Both the position numbers and the translations under genes were made by a program. A DNA stretch of 64,000 nucleotides from Utricularia gibba (lineage: Eukaryota; Plantae; Magnoliophyta), in contig NEEC01000017.1 of assembly GCA_002189035.1 (NCBI GenBank), positions 310,001-374,000 on the forward strand, read 5' to 3'. Positions 50,607-64,000 of this stretch are shown here, in pieces. The notes beneath the pieces are model-generated. The model was given only the letters and a program-made list of their open reading frames with translations. It was not told where the DNA came from and did no database searches. The first letter of the stretch is position 1. Each line of letters begins with the position of its first letter.

Positions 50607-51832
50607 CTTGGCAAAATCCAGGCTACACCACCCCCAAAAAATTACTGGAAACAAAAATCTTCTTTTAAATACCGTGACCAGTATATTTCCAGCTCTCGCT
50701 CAAACCGTCGCCTCCAAATCACCTACATTGAAGAAAAAAAATTCACCTCAGAAAATCAGAGGAAACGCGCACTAAACCGCGTGGTGATCACAAAAATAAG
50801 AAAAATAAAAGTTCAAACACTCCAGGAGATGCTCATCTAGACCGAAAAACTCCATTAGCCATCACGAATCCCATCGCATGCATACAAAACATCGAATCAA
50901 ACCCTGCGGATTAGGCCTGACCTTGCGATTCGATCCAACAGCAGGTACCCTGTAGCGTCTTCGGAAAACAAAAAGAAGAATAGAAACGGAAAGGTCAAAG
51001 CTTCATCCACAGGTCGTGAAAACGGATTTTCTAGGGTTTCAAGGAGAACGAATTAAGAAATTCAAAGTCTGTGAGTTATCTGTCCATCATATCCATGGAT
51101 CCCCAACACTTTGAAAAAATATTTTAAATTTAACAATTTTTTTTGGCATTAAATATTCTTGAAATTTTACTAAAATTTGTTCCTTGAAATTTTATTTTTT
51201 GAAACAAAATTTGTTTTTTTCTGGGACTAGAACGAACATTCCCTTTATTTTTCCCTCAAAAATGAAAAATGCATATTATAATGTATTAATATTCTGGAAA
51301 TAATATACGGGAAATATTCATGGAAATATGGAATTTGGTTTTATTGAGTCAACGGGATAAACGTGGGAAGGCATCCACTAAGCTCACCTCAGCTCACCTG
51401 CACCTGAAGATTTGCATTCACTCATTTTAATTTAATTTAAAAATAAATAAAAAGCTGTCATTTGTGTGGGTTGGGTATTGAATGAATTGGTAGAGTTGGT
51501 GGGCTGGCGGGCGAGCAAGCAAGCAAGGGCAAGAAGAAAGAAGACAGCACCGCCACTTGGGCACCGGATAAGGCCTCAGCCAGAGACAGCCGACTTTGGA
51601 AGGAAACTAGCTGGCATCGCTGGTGGCACGCCACCCGCACGTGCCTTCTGACATCAACACACGTGACACCAACCCAACCCAACCCGACCCGACCCACCAT
51701 CGCCTTGCCTTTGCTTTGCGCCTACGCTGTGGTCTGCTCTGGTTCCGAGGGATGGATGATACACATACAGATTGATCTATACTTGATGAGAAGCTTCAAT
51801 GATGTGTATGTACATGCGTATGGGAATGAAAT

Positions 51833-53712
51833 TCAAGCTTCCTTGTTGGGTACCGCTTCCGGGAGGCTGAACGCCGGTGGCTTGTCGGCGCGGTTGCGCG
51901 AATACTCTCGCCACCGGCGAGCGGCGGCGGCGGTGCGCTTGGCTTGCTCCTCGGTTTCTTCGGCTGCAGCAACGATCGCATGTTACGAACGGGAATGCAT
52001 GCGTGTTTAGCAGACGACCGAGGTTTTACCTGACTTTTGCTGATCCCAGGGCTTGCCCCAGAGGTTACTCCAGTATGTTGGATTTGCATCTGATCCCTTC
52101 CGTCTGTCCATCCTCACCCTTGCTTGTGCCTGCAACAATGGATGAGTTTCCTGCAACTAATCATATTTCTTAATATAACACGGCGTACCAGGACTTTGGC
52201 CTGTCTCTTTTCCCATCTAGCACTTGCCTGCATCCATCAGTAGCAGAATTCAAATGTAGATCGGGAGTATGCCGTCGCAAGTTCTAGACGTTAAGCGACT
52301 AAGATTGCATACCATGCGGAAAACATCGATGGAAGCTGCGCCCATTCCAGAGAGCATTAGGGCAACCTGATCAGCAGCATTGCATTGCATTGCATTGTTA
52401 GAACAAAGCATTTCGAATCAGGGCCAATGTGGTGGCACTTGGTCTTACATTAACTCTTTCCACTCGCCGCATTTCGTCCTCAAGCAGTGATAACTGTGCG
52501 GCAGAAGTCCAATGTATGCAGTTAACTGGGCTGGAATCAAAATCAACCAATCATGTTAACCGCCGAAGGAAACAGAGACAATGCTACTAACATACGCATA
52601 CTGACTGCTACAATGATCAACTGAAAAATGGGGATACCAGCTATCAACTGCTTCATCGACGGAATCGTGTCTTCCTATTTGGCTGTAGGCCCTGGCTCTG
52701 CCGAAGTCTTCCTCAATGGCGAATACATTTGGGCATAAGTTGGCACAGTTCTTGCAGCCTGGACGACGATAAGACAGTTTAGAATCAGAAGGAGCGCTTG
52801 TTTTCTGTAGCTCCATTTATCAGAAGCCTGCATCAGCATTAGCGTACCGATGCAAGTGAATTCATCGACAAACACGGAATTCCTTGGACTGGAATCATCA
52901 AAAAAAGGGTTGATGGCAGTAGGGGTGTATCCATGGATTTCATCATAAACCATTCGCTGCACCGGATCACTCAGAACCTAAATGTAAATGCACGTCAACG
53001 AAGGTTTCTGTCACCATACTTGGAACAAATCTAAAACAACTTACCTCATAAACCTCATTAATGAACATGCAGAAATTCGTAGTCTCTTCATCGTCACCGG
53101 TAAGATCAGGATGGCAAGCTTTCATGCAGTTATAGTAAGCCTTCTTGATTTGCTCTGGTGTGGCGTCAGGAAGCTGAAAATTGAAGGTTCAAGTAGACTG
53201 GTTGGTATTCAGCCTCGATTTAAGAAAAAGCAATTGCACATCAACATCTACACTACTCCGCCCGGTAAATTTCTACCCCATCACTGAAAACTTACATATT
53301 CCCTTCCAAGAAGCAGTAAATGTTGATCCTTTGATCAATTAACTTGATCGAGGCAGAAAAAGATGATAAAATGTTCCAAAAACCAGCCAAATCTTTCATA
53401 AATTCATTCAATGAATGATTGTAATCCTAAATGCAACTATCAGGTATGCACGAAGGGATGAACTTCTACTGAAAAAACAAGCCGTATTACCAAACCCAGA
53501 ACAGCATAATAATCATCTGCGATTTCATCATACGGAGTAGATTCTCGAAGGGCAGCCCTGATCCTTCCAATATATGGCCTTTTCCCACCTCGGCTACTCC
53601 AAGTGGCAAGGCCCTTGCCCAATAGTGAACGTCTGCTTCTCGGACAGAATCTAGGAATTCGATTCTTGAATTTAAGGATATCAGCGCAAACCGGCGGCAA
53701 TAGCTGAGCCAT
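51833..53712 (-). CDS. Chloroplast DnaJ-ferredoxin protein (DJC76/DJC77-like, 335 aa)
   Basis: Nine exons in frame: 53712-53491, 53173-53045, 52977-52848, 52758-52638, 52530-52449, 52366-52313, 52227-52189, 52129-52030 and 51963-51833. It has a J-domain HPD motif, Fe-S cysteines (CIGCKNC and CPVNC) and C-terminal AAAARRWREYSR. Confidence 0.9.
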
Positions 53713-54297
53713 CAACCGCACAGCAAGAGGAAGCACAGCGAATGAGAAGGAAAGGGCAGATTTTTCCTTGGAAGACGTCGTATATAAAATGGGCAGTGGT
53801 TGAAATGCTGAGATGGCAAGACGAAGGCCACTGGTTTGCGCAAGAATCTAGAAAAAAGGTATCTTACCAAAATCACACGCGCCGAAACGTGGTGAGTCTA
53901 CTTCCTTCACGCTTCAGGCTTGCGTGATTGTCTTTCCCCGTCCCCCTAAATATCATTAAAGCAGCAGACGTTTTTTAACAAGCTCTGATCTTTATCAATG
54001 TGCCATGATTTTTGACCTGGGCCTCCTCGGACAGGACATATTTGTAGGTTTGGAGTTGGACCAATCTTGGCCGCCGCAAGATGCTTACTGTAAAGATACG
54101 GTCAATTTAAGTTCTAACATTCCGACTCCTAGACTATGAGCCTGGAACTCAGTTTAAGTTCTAGGACTCTTATTACTAATCGAAAATAGTACGGTAGCTG
54201 TTAGGACACTGAGCTGATCTGCTGCTACTTGCCGGTGGTTTACTTCTTTCTCTTTTCCTCTTCCGCTGGTTTATCAGTCGCACCAAGTTCTCTGAAA

Positions 54298-56538
<2,241 letters not shown>

Positions 56539-57074
56539 GGAGGCGCCTCATTCCTCCGTCACAGATTCCATCGCCGCGGCCATTTGGTTCACCGGTACTA
56601 CCAAAAAGTCTCATGCTTACGTTACTCTTTCTACTCGACTACAAGTAATTATGTTTCATCTCGTTCAACTAAACTAACAGATGATTCAGGTTTACTAATC
56701 AGCTTGAGGGCGCTATACTTCTAAGCATGAGCCGTTTCCCCTGCGCGGGGGGAAGCAATAATTCTGCTGTGTCACGAATCATGATGATGCAATATGGGAT
56801 TGTGTTTACTCTATTCAAGGGTTTTCAATAATGTACTTTTTGGAGGTTTGGAAACAGAGGATACAGGACCAAATACACATTTTCATAGAGGCTTTCGTAG
56901 TGGAACAACACAGGAGTGAAAGCAACGAAATATACACAGAGATAGGGAACTTGATTCCATTTGATAATTATATGCCAATCCTACTCAACCAACCCGAGAA
57001 TAAACAACTAACCAGAGGCCCCATCTGGTGAGCTCCTTTTTTGCATGGACAGATAAACTTGCTGCGCATTGGCA

Positions 57075-59884
57075 TTAAATCTGGGTGCAGCGATCATGCA
57101 TCAGTTGTGATGTAGGGAAAGGCGCTATGTTCAGACAAGCTTGTTGTCGAATTTTCCCAGGTATCAACTTGCAGATAAGCTCAGGTGATGCTCCAGTTAA
57201 CTGTGGTGCAGACAAAGAAGCACACTCAAGGGACTTCTTCAAAACAAGAATCATTCAACATAAAGATACGAGAACAAGAAAGGATCCATACTTCCTGTTT
57301 AAAGTTGAAAAGAGGAGGAAACGGACGACCATTAGGAAGATGGGCATTTGGCTCCCTAAGCTCATCGAAGAATGGATGGGCACACGCCTCCAGCTAGAAC
57401 AAAGGAAAAAAAAATTTAAAAAACGTCCATTGGTATAAAAAAAGGCCCAGAGGATTTTGACAAAGAAACCAAGAGGGAAGAAACGAATTTCACATAATTC
57501 ACTATCATTTGTCTCAACATACTGCAGTGTAGCGAAGGCTTGGTGAGTACTGAAGCAGACGAGAAGCAAGGTCTATGGCTTCAGGAGGCATACGCTTATG
57601 GAAAACCTGAAAAAAAAACATTGTAACCTTCAATAACAGATATCTCATATGAACAAAAAAAAGGGAATGCTAAGTTGCGTCTAACCTTGTGCCATGGATG
57701 AGCTTTGATCTGTGGGAATCTGAAGTCGGTATAATGTGGGTTCATACATCGAATTTCTTCCCGTGTTGGAGTACCAAGGACCTATTTGCAGAAAAACAAT
57801 GATTAATCATGGGATGATCACACAAAATTATTATGTAAGGTAAACATCCAAAGACCTTGATAATTTCTACGAGCTGATCAACTGCATTCTCCCCTGGAAA
57901 AAGAGGCTGTGACCAAGGAACAAAATCTTAATATTCCAAATTTTTAGGCATATTGGGCAAAGAGATCAATGAGGAGGACAACACATACCTGACCCAAAAG
58001 AAGCTCTCCAAGAACACAACCAGAAGACCATATATCAATGGAAGTGGAATATTCTGTGGCACCAAAAATAAGCTCTGGAGCCCGATAATAACGTGAGCAG
58101 ATGTAGGATATATTAGGTTCACCGCTGACCTGATGATAATGGAAATTCGACAGTGTAAGCTGACTTAAAACATAAGACAAAAATTAACCAACCTTGGATA
58201 GAAATTTCATGGGGCTGTGAAAAGGTGCATCTGGTGGGTTAGCAGACTTACAAGGATTTTAGCACTTCCAAAGTCACATATCTTAACCTGGTGCGTAAGA
58301 GGATCAATCTGGAGATTTCCAATAAAAATAAATCAGTTTGCAAAACTGTAATCGATGGCAGGTGCAGAGGAGTGAGACATTATCACATACCAAAATATTC
58401 TGAGGCTTTATATCCCTATGGCACACACCCGGAACAGTATGCATGTAGGCAAGGCCTCTGAATAACTGAAGAAACAGAAGGTAATAAAGTTGTAATTGAT
58501 ATCTTATACAGATATCAACTGATATACCAGAGAAACAAACCTGGTAAGCGTACAGTTTGACATAGATGAGTGGCATCGCCTGGTTTGAGTTTGTATAATT
58601 TTTTAGAACCTTAAACATTGTTTCCGGGACAAAATCCATGACCAGGTTAAGGTAAAGATCATCTCTTGTTGTCGTAGAAAAGAAACAGTGCTTTAGAGAG
58701 ATAACATTTGGATGATCCATCAAACGCATTATCTGAAGCTCACGGTTTTTATAACGCTTGTCCTGTAAAACCTTTTTTATTGCAACATACTCTCCAGTTT
58801 CCAGGCATTTAGCCTACATAAAAATGCACCTAACCTTTTAGCCAGAAAATTTAAGCTCAAAACGATCATGTCAAAATGGGGATGCATACCTGAAAAACTA
58901 TCCCAAATGATCCTGTTCCCACAACATGCTCTGCCATGTAGCTAATAGTCTGCACAACGGCAAAAATGTAGATGATAAGCCTATAAATAAAACAAATTCG
59001 AGAATTCAATTTCCATAAATTTGAAGCTTCAGGTTATCAGCATGTGGAGCCACTACTAGGAATCTGGGGACAGACCCTTTTTGGCTCGCCATTTTTTCCT
59101 CCAATGGTAGTGGATATGATGTGACCAGTAAGAGGATCATTCTCGTCAGTGGACGATACAGACATCTCCTGAAATTCACTCCAAGACAAGGCATAAATCT
59201 CTGATTTTTCTAGTGTGCACAAGAGTATTTAAAAGAAGAACTCCATGATAACAAAAAAAAAGGAGCACTGAAGTTATGGGACGTTTGATATCAACTTGAG
59301 ATGTCAATTCAGAGTTAGATATATTTTTAAATGAGCAATAACCAACTACTGCACGCCAACCCGCTCAACAATACAAAATCAAACTAAATGAAAACAAAAG
59401 AAGCTGAAGTACACCACAAACAAGAAACCTGTGAGAAAAGAGTGAAAAACCAAGTAGAAGAGAAAACCAAGGAGATTCAAACTGAGATCCATTTGAAATC
59501 TTCATTATTGGACGAGGCACAATTGTCTCGCGAAAAAGCAGGTCGAATTCACTGGAAAATGTTCACCTAAATAAAGCTCAAGTACAGTAACTCCAATCCA
59601 GAATCTTCTACAGCAGTTGCATTAGCGCAGAAAAAAACGACAAGAAAGCAAGCTAGCTATTATAAATCCACAATTCACCAAGTCCAGTAACACACCCCCG
59701 AAATAGTGCTTCCAGATCCTCTCAAGCAGAAACCAAGAAACCACGCACATTCGGGACCCAAAATGCAGATGGAAATGGGAAAGATGCGCCTACGAAGCTA
59801 GGGTTTCGTGGGACTACAGGTAGGAGCGAAAAGGTCAAACAAAAAATGCATGGATGCGGAATTGAGTACCTTGCCTGCGTCCAT
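57075..59884 (-). CDS. SHAGGY/GSK3-like kinase, BIN2 (group II)-like (390 aa)
   Basis: Twelve exons in frame: 59884-59870, 59168-59076, 58949-58890, 58813-58541, 58465-58391, 58308-58252, 58129-57989, 57906-57856, 57781-57686, 57606-57523, 57393-57292 and 57200-57075. Motifs are [29 protein letters not shown] and TREE. Confidence 0.92.
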
Positions 59885-60737
59885 ATCAGCTACCTTCACG
59901 TCGGCGGCGGTGGGCGGTGGATTTTGCTCGAGAAATGCATTATGCCTTGATGAACATCATACTGAGGAAAGGTGGTTGATGGCGGGGGGGAACGCTGCAT
60001 TATGTTGATACCGAGGTCCCAGCGAGGCCATGTGACCTTTTTCTCATTTCCATTTCCTTTTCCTTTTTCAATTGTTTTTGTTTTGTGTTTGGATAATGAA
60101 GGGAATTTTCTCCGCCATAAAAACAATTCCCCATTCAAACACCTACAAATTATTAAAAATACAACTTGGCGAAATAATTAATAAATAAATACACGTTATA
60201 CTTTTGTAGCGATGCGTCGTCATGCCTTGAAAGTGCAATTCAAACAACTCCTTTGACTAGTTGAGTAAGATGACAGTTCCTTCCAAGTGTTTGTAGCTCA
60301 TAAACTTGCAATCTAAATTTGATAGTTTTGCAACTAACGAACTTGTTGAAATTTTCACAAAGTAAAAAAGAATGAATATTATAATTTTGAGATCTGATAT
60401 CTATAGACTTGAGATGATCATTACTTTTGAGAGTTTAAGTTTGCATCTTGTTTGGGCTCTTTTGATATAGGTTTTTGCGATGATTGTGCATCACATTGTT
60501 CATTAGTGGTTGATAGAGACATTTTCCTCCCTTTTACATGAATTAGGTAACAAACTAAAATGACATATTCTTCTCCCTCTCCTTATATTAGGTTATGTTC
60601 TAGAAAAATTTCAGAGCTTGATGCAAATATAATGAAACTAACCAATATTGACTCATTAGAAACTAATATACTCCAGTCAATTTGAACTTTCTCATGCATT
60701 AAAGGAGATGGGATTTTTTTCTCAGACCCATTAGGGT

Positions 60738-61802
60738 TCAAAGATGGAAATGTTGATGTGGGTAGAGAAGTTTGGTGAGGATGTCGATGATCTGGTCATT
60801 CGAAGGTACATATTGAAGTTCATGAAATATAATGTGTCTGCATTTACTTCTTTCAAATTGAATTAGGTTTTTTATCATATTAATTACTGATTTGTTGTTG
60901 ATCAAAAGCAATGTTGGTTTTGGCACTTCAATCTTTAAATATGATAAAATCTTTTGCAGATACATAAGCCTCTCCTTCTACTATTTGATTAGTTCTTCAT
61001 CATTTTTGATGATTGATATGCTACATAGAATGAAACTAAAACCTTTATGTAGTTGTTTCTGGTATATACAAAATAATTTCATTTAGGATTTTTGAAATCC
61101 TTCTTTTTTAAAATGACTATCAATAAGATCACCTTATTTTCTTGGCTCTTGCTTTAAACCACATGGGAGCCTTTCACAATAAGATCACCTTATTTTCTTT
61201 TCCCATTTCCAGGAATCGGGTGACTACGACACATAAATCTCCTCATTAAGGTAGTCACTTAGAAATGTATTGTTAACATCAAGTTGAGAGACTTTCCAAT
61301 TTTCAACAAGTAGCTAGGCCAACTGATAGTTTTCTCAAATATAATCTTGCCATAGATGCAAACGTGTAAATGTAGTAAATTTTCACTCTTTGTAAATATT
61401 CTTTGGCTACAAGTTTGGCCGTTAGCTTGTTAAAACTGTCATTTGAATTTAAGTTAGTTTTAAGAACCAACTTCAATCCAACCACTCTTTTGTCTTGAGG
61501 TTGTTCTACAAGCTTCCATGTATTATCCTTATTTATCATTGTTAAATTAGCTTACATTACACCCTTCCAATCGGGTTGTTGTAATGCCTGATATAGATCT
61601 TTGATTCTTTAATCATCAAAAAAAATATTGGTATATATCTGATAATTTCTTCTCATCTTGCACTAGATAATCTTCATTATCATAGTTTCCTTTTAGTTCA
61701 TTTTCGTTCAACACTAATGAAGGCTAATTTTTACATGTAGGTTCATAGATTGGATTGGGCTCTTCAACCCCCATGAGATTTTTCAATTTCTTCTTTATTT
61801 AT
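60738..61802 (-). mobile_element. Ty1/copia remnant (RT start and RNase H end), interrupted by a solo LTR
   Basis: NKDNTWKLVEQPQDKRVVGLKLVLKT...AKLVAKEY (61303-61539) and ERSK...QYVPSNDQIIDILTK (60738-60900). Confidence 0.78.
61121..61199. repeat. 23-bp direct repeat, two copies 56 bp apart
   Basis: CAATAAGATCACCTTATTTTCTT at 61121-61143 and 61177-61199. Confidence 0.85.
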
Positions 61803-63217
61803 TGATAAATGAAAATTTTAGCAATGTCGTTGCACTAAAACCAAATTTTTGCATCAAATAAATTTATAAACCCTAATCTACATAAAATACAAATTTAGAA
61901 AACTTGTATAATGGATTTCGGGGTCGATTATAAGGAGCTTGTGCTTGCTAAGTGTTTTAGTAAATGCATAATTCGGAATAACAGTAGATCTTAGTCTAAG
62001 TTCGAATTAGTAGTGATAAGTAAGTTCAGTAAACAAAATCAGGTTTCAATGCGAAAGGTAATAAGTATTGGTTCTAACTCAGAATAATACTAATATACCT
62101 TAAGGGTCTGCAGGTGGTGTGGTGCTAAATTTTCTAATTTAAATTATCATTTTCCTACACTCACAACTTCAAATAACCTAGGTCTACCCAGGTCATTCAT
62201 CATATTTTTGGTTAAGTTAGTCCACAATATCATCACCAACATTACAATTAGATCTACATGCATGCAAAGTGTATAGAACTAGGTCTACTTGATTCTACTG
62301 ATTATTCCCCGAACTAACACCTATTGTTCCCGTCTTGATTTATTGGTCTACCTCTAAATCAATCATCTTAGTTGTGAAGCTACTTGTTCCCTTCCTTATG
62401 TCTACCCATGAATTGATAGAAACAAGAGTTAAGAAACAATGATGAATTTTATTAAGACTCCTAGAGCCACACCACTATGTTTTACCTTAAGACATCACTA
62501 GGGTTCTATCTACTCATACTTTGAAGTTAAAACATGATAACATTAACATAAAACAACAAAAATGTTAAGCACATTGTAAAAGAGTTGGATGTAGAAACCG
62601 AAAAACATCAACAAACGAAAATAAAACAATAAGAGTTCTGGTTTCCGTCTGCTGCTATTCCTAGGCTGGAACAAGAGCGTTGGACTGGGCTCTGATGCTG
62701 TTCTTGAGGATGAAGTTCTTCTTCTCCTCTCCTGGTCGGTGTTCTTCGTGTTGAAGGTGTTGTTGTTGCTGGAGAAGTCATTGGGGTTGCTCGATGTTGG
62801 AGGGAAAAACCCCCCATGTGTGTTCTTAAAATTTTGGTTGCCCCCATTTGTGATTCTCTCTCCTCCTCATCTTTCTCTTACCTCTCACTTCCTAAGGCAA
62901 GTACAATATTTGACAACTCTATTGCTCTTGCCTCTAATTTGCATACTGCTACCGCGATAGTATACTCATTGCTCCCTACAGCCTAGTGACTTGCACGAAA
63001 TCCTGATTTCTTCCTTGATTTTCGAGTTGCTGCTAGACTCAAAATTGGGTTAGCACATGGTGGGCTAAATCCTTTGATTTAGCTCACTAATCACACCAAA
63101 AATCACATTTTCCTAAATTATACAGAAAAATACTTAAAACTATAAAATAAACAACTAAACATAATTAAAAACTCATGATTTTCATATCCTAAAAACATGA
63201 AAATTTGTGTGCTATCC
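61803..63217. mobile_element. Solo LTR (Athila-like), 1415 bp
   Basis: Starts TGATAAATG and ends GCTATCC (the terminal CA is mutated). The 5-bp TSD TTTAT is at 61798-61802 and 63218-63222. It is homologous to 6127-7050. Confidence 0.85.
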
Positions 63218-64000
63218 TTTATATTTGGTGATGAGTAGACTTGACCATTGATATTAAATTATGATGAATGAAGTTTCCAATTTTCTTAGCTAATACTATG
63301 TCGATTTATCTATATATTTCCCTCTTCATGTACCTTTGAATCAATCTAGAACACATACAGTTTTTTGATTGTTTTCAATGTAATTTTTTAAGTTTGATTC
63401 TTGTTCTTTTACACTTTCATTTTCATTGTTTCTTTGATATTCTTTTCCTTCTCATGTGGTTTGTTCATGTGTGAGTAAAGCTGAAAAAAAATCTAACAAT
63501 TTTATTTTCTTATTGTATATTGATTTGTTTTCACAAGTGTCTCAATCCCATGTGAATTCATCAAAAACTATGTCCACTAATTTTTATTTTCATACTTTAT
63601 AGTTCCAAAATTCTATAACCTAATGTAATAAATTGCATCATAAGTGAATGTCCAGTTGAGACTTTTTATCCAATTGAGAATTTTTCCATGTTGAAACTAA
63701 GACAGTGCCTTTAGATGCATATTTCTTGAAAATTGTTGGACTTATCAAAGCCCAAGGGAGTGGGTTTATTTTTAGATCCTTGGCAGGTTTGTGCGGAAAT
63801 TCTACCCCAAGAGAAGGCAATTCAAATGCTCCAACTCCTTCAACGTCCAAACACAACAACAAGGAATATTGTTGCCCAGAAATGATTAAGGAATTGAGTG
63901 AAAAAGGTGTCTGATTTAATTCATGAGATGAAGGAGTTGAAACAGGGAGTGATTGACTCCTCCCTGAATCAAAAACATGTTGCTGAAGTTATTTCGTGCA

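Noticed and set aside
63600-64000. Start of another gene at the window edge
   Set aside because: There are only short ORFs with no recognisable motif, and the context is truncated.

Overview
This is angiosperm nuclear DNA, probably from a eudicot; the species cannot be determined. It has three zones. (1) 1-12.4 kb is an AT-rich nest of transposon remnants: a hAT MITE with an 8-bp TSD, a decayed hAT element carrying a nested Athila-like fragment, and a chimeric Athila LTR/gag piece. (2) 12.7-42.7 kb is a tandem array of five same-strand, 5-exon CYP72A cytochrome P450 genes. Two are intact, two carry only 1-nt homopolymer frameshifts, and one has a 7-bp deletion. The array is split by copia debris and by an 8.2-kb Ty3/gypsy Tat-type LTR element with both LTRs and a TSD. 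That element has lost its protease and RT core but keeps a spliced antisense gene. (3) 43-60 kb is a compact block of seven genes: F-box, Mpv17/PMP22, plastid NFU, TPS7-like, DnaJ-ferredoxin DJC76-like, mitochondrial aspartate aminotransferase and a BIN2-like GSK3 kinase. After it come a copia remnant and a solo LTR. The best leads are the intron-containing antisense gene in the retroelement and the diversifying CYP72A array (an as-1 element at copy 1, an Arg-to-His heme motif in copy 5). A systematic pattern of -1 homopolymer frameshifts probably reflects assembly error. All exon coordinates were worked out by hand and no database searches were run.
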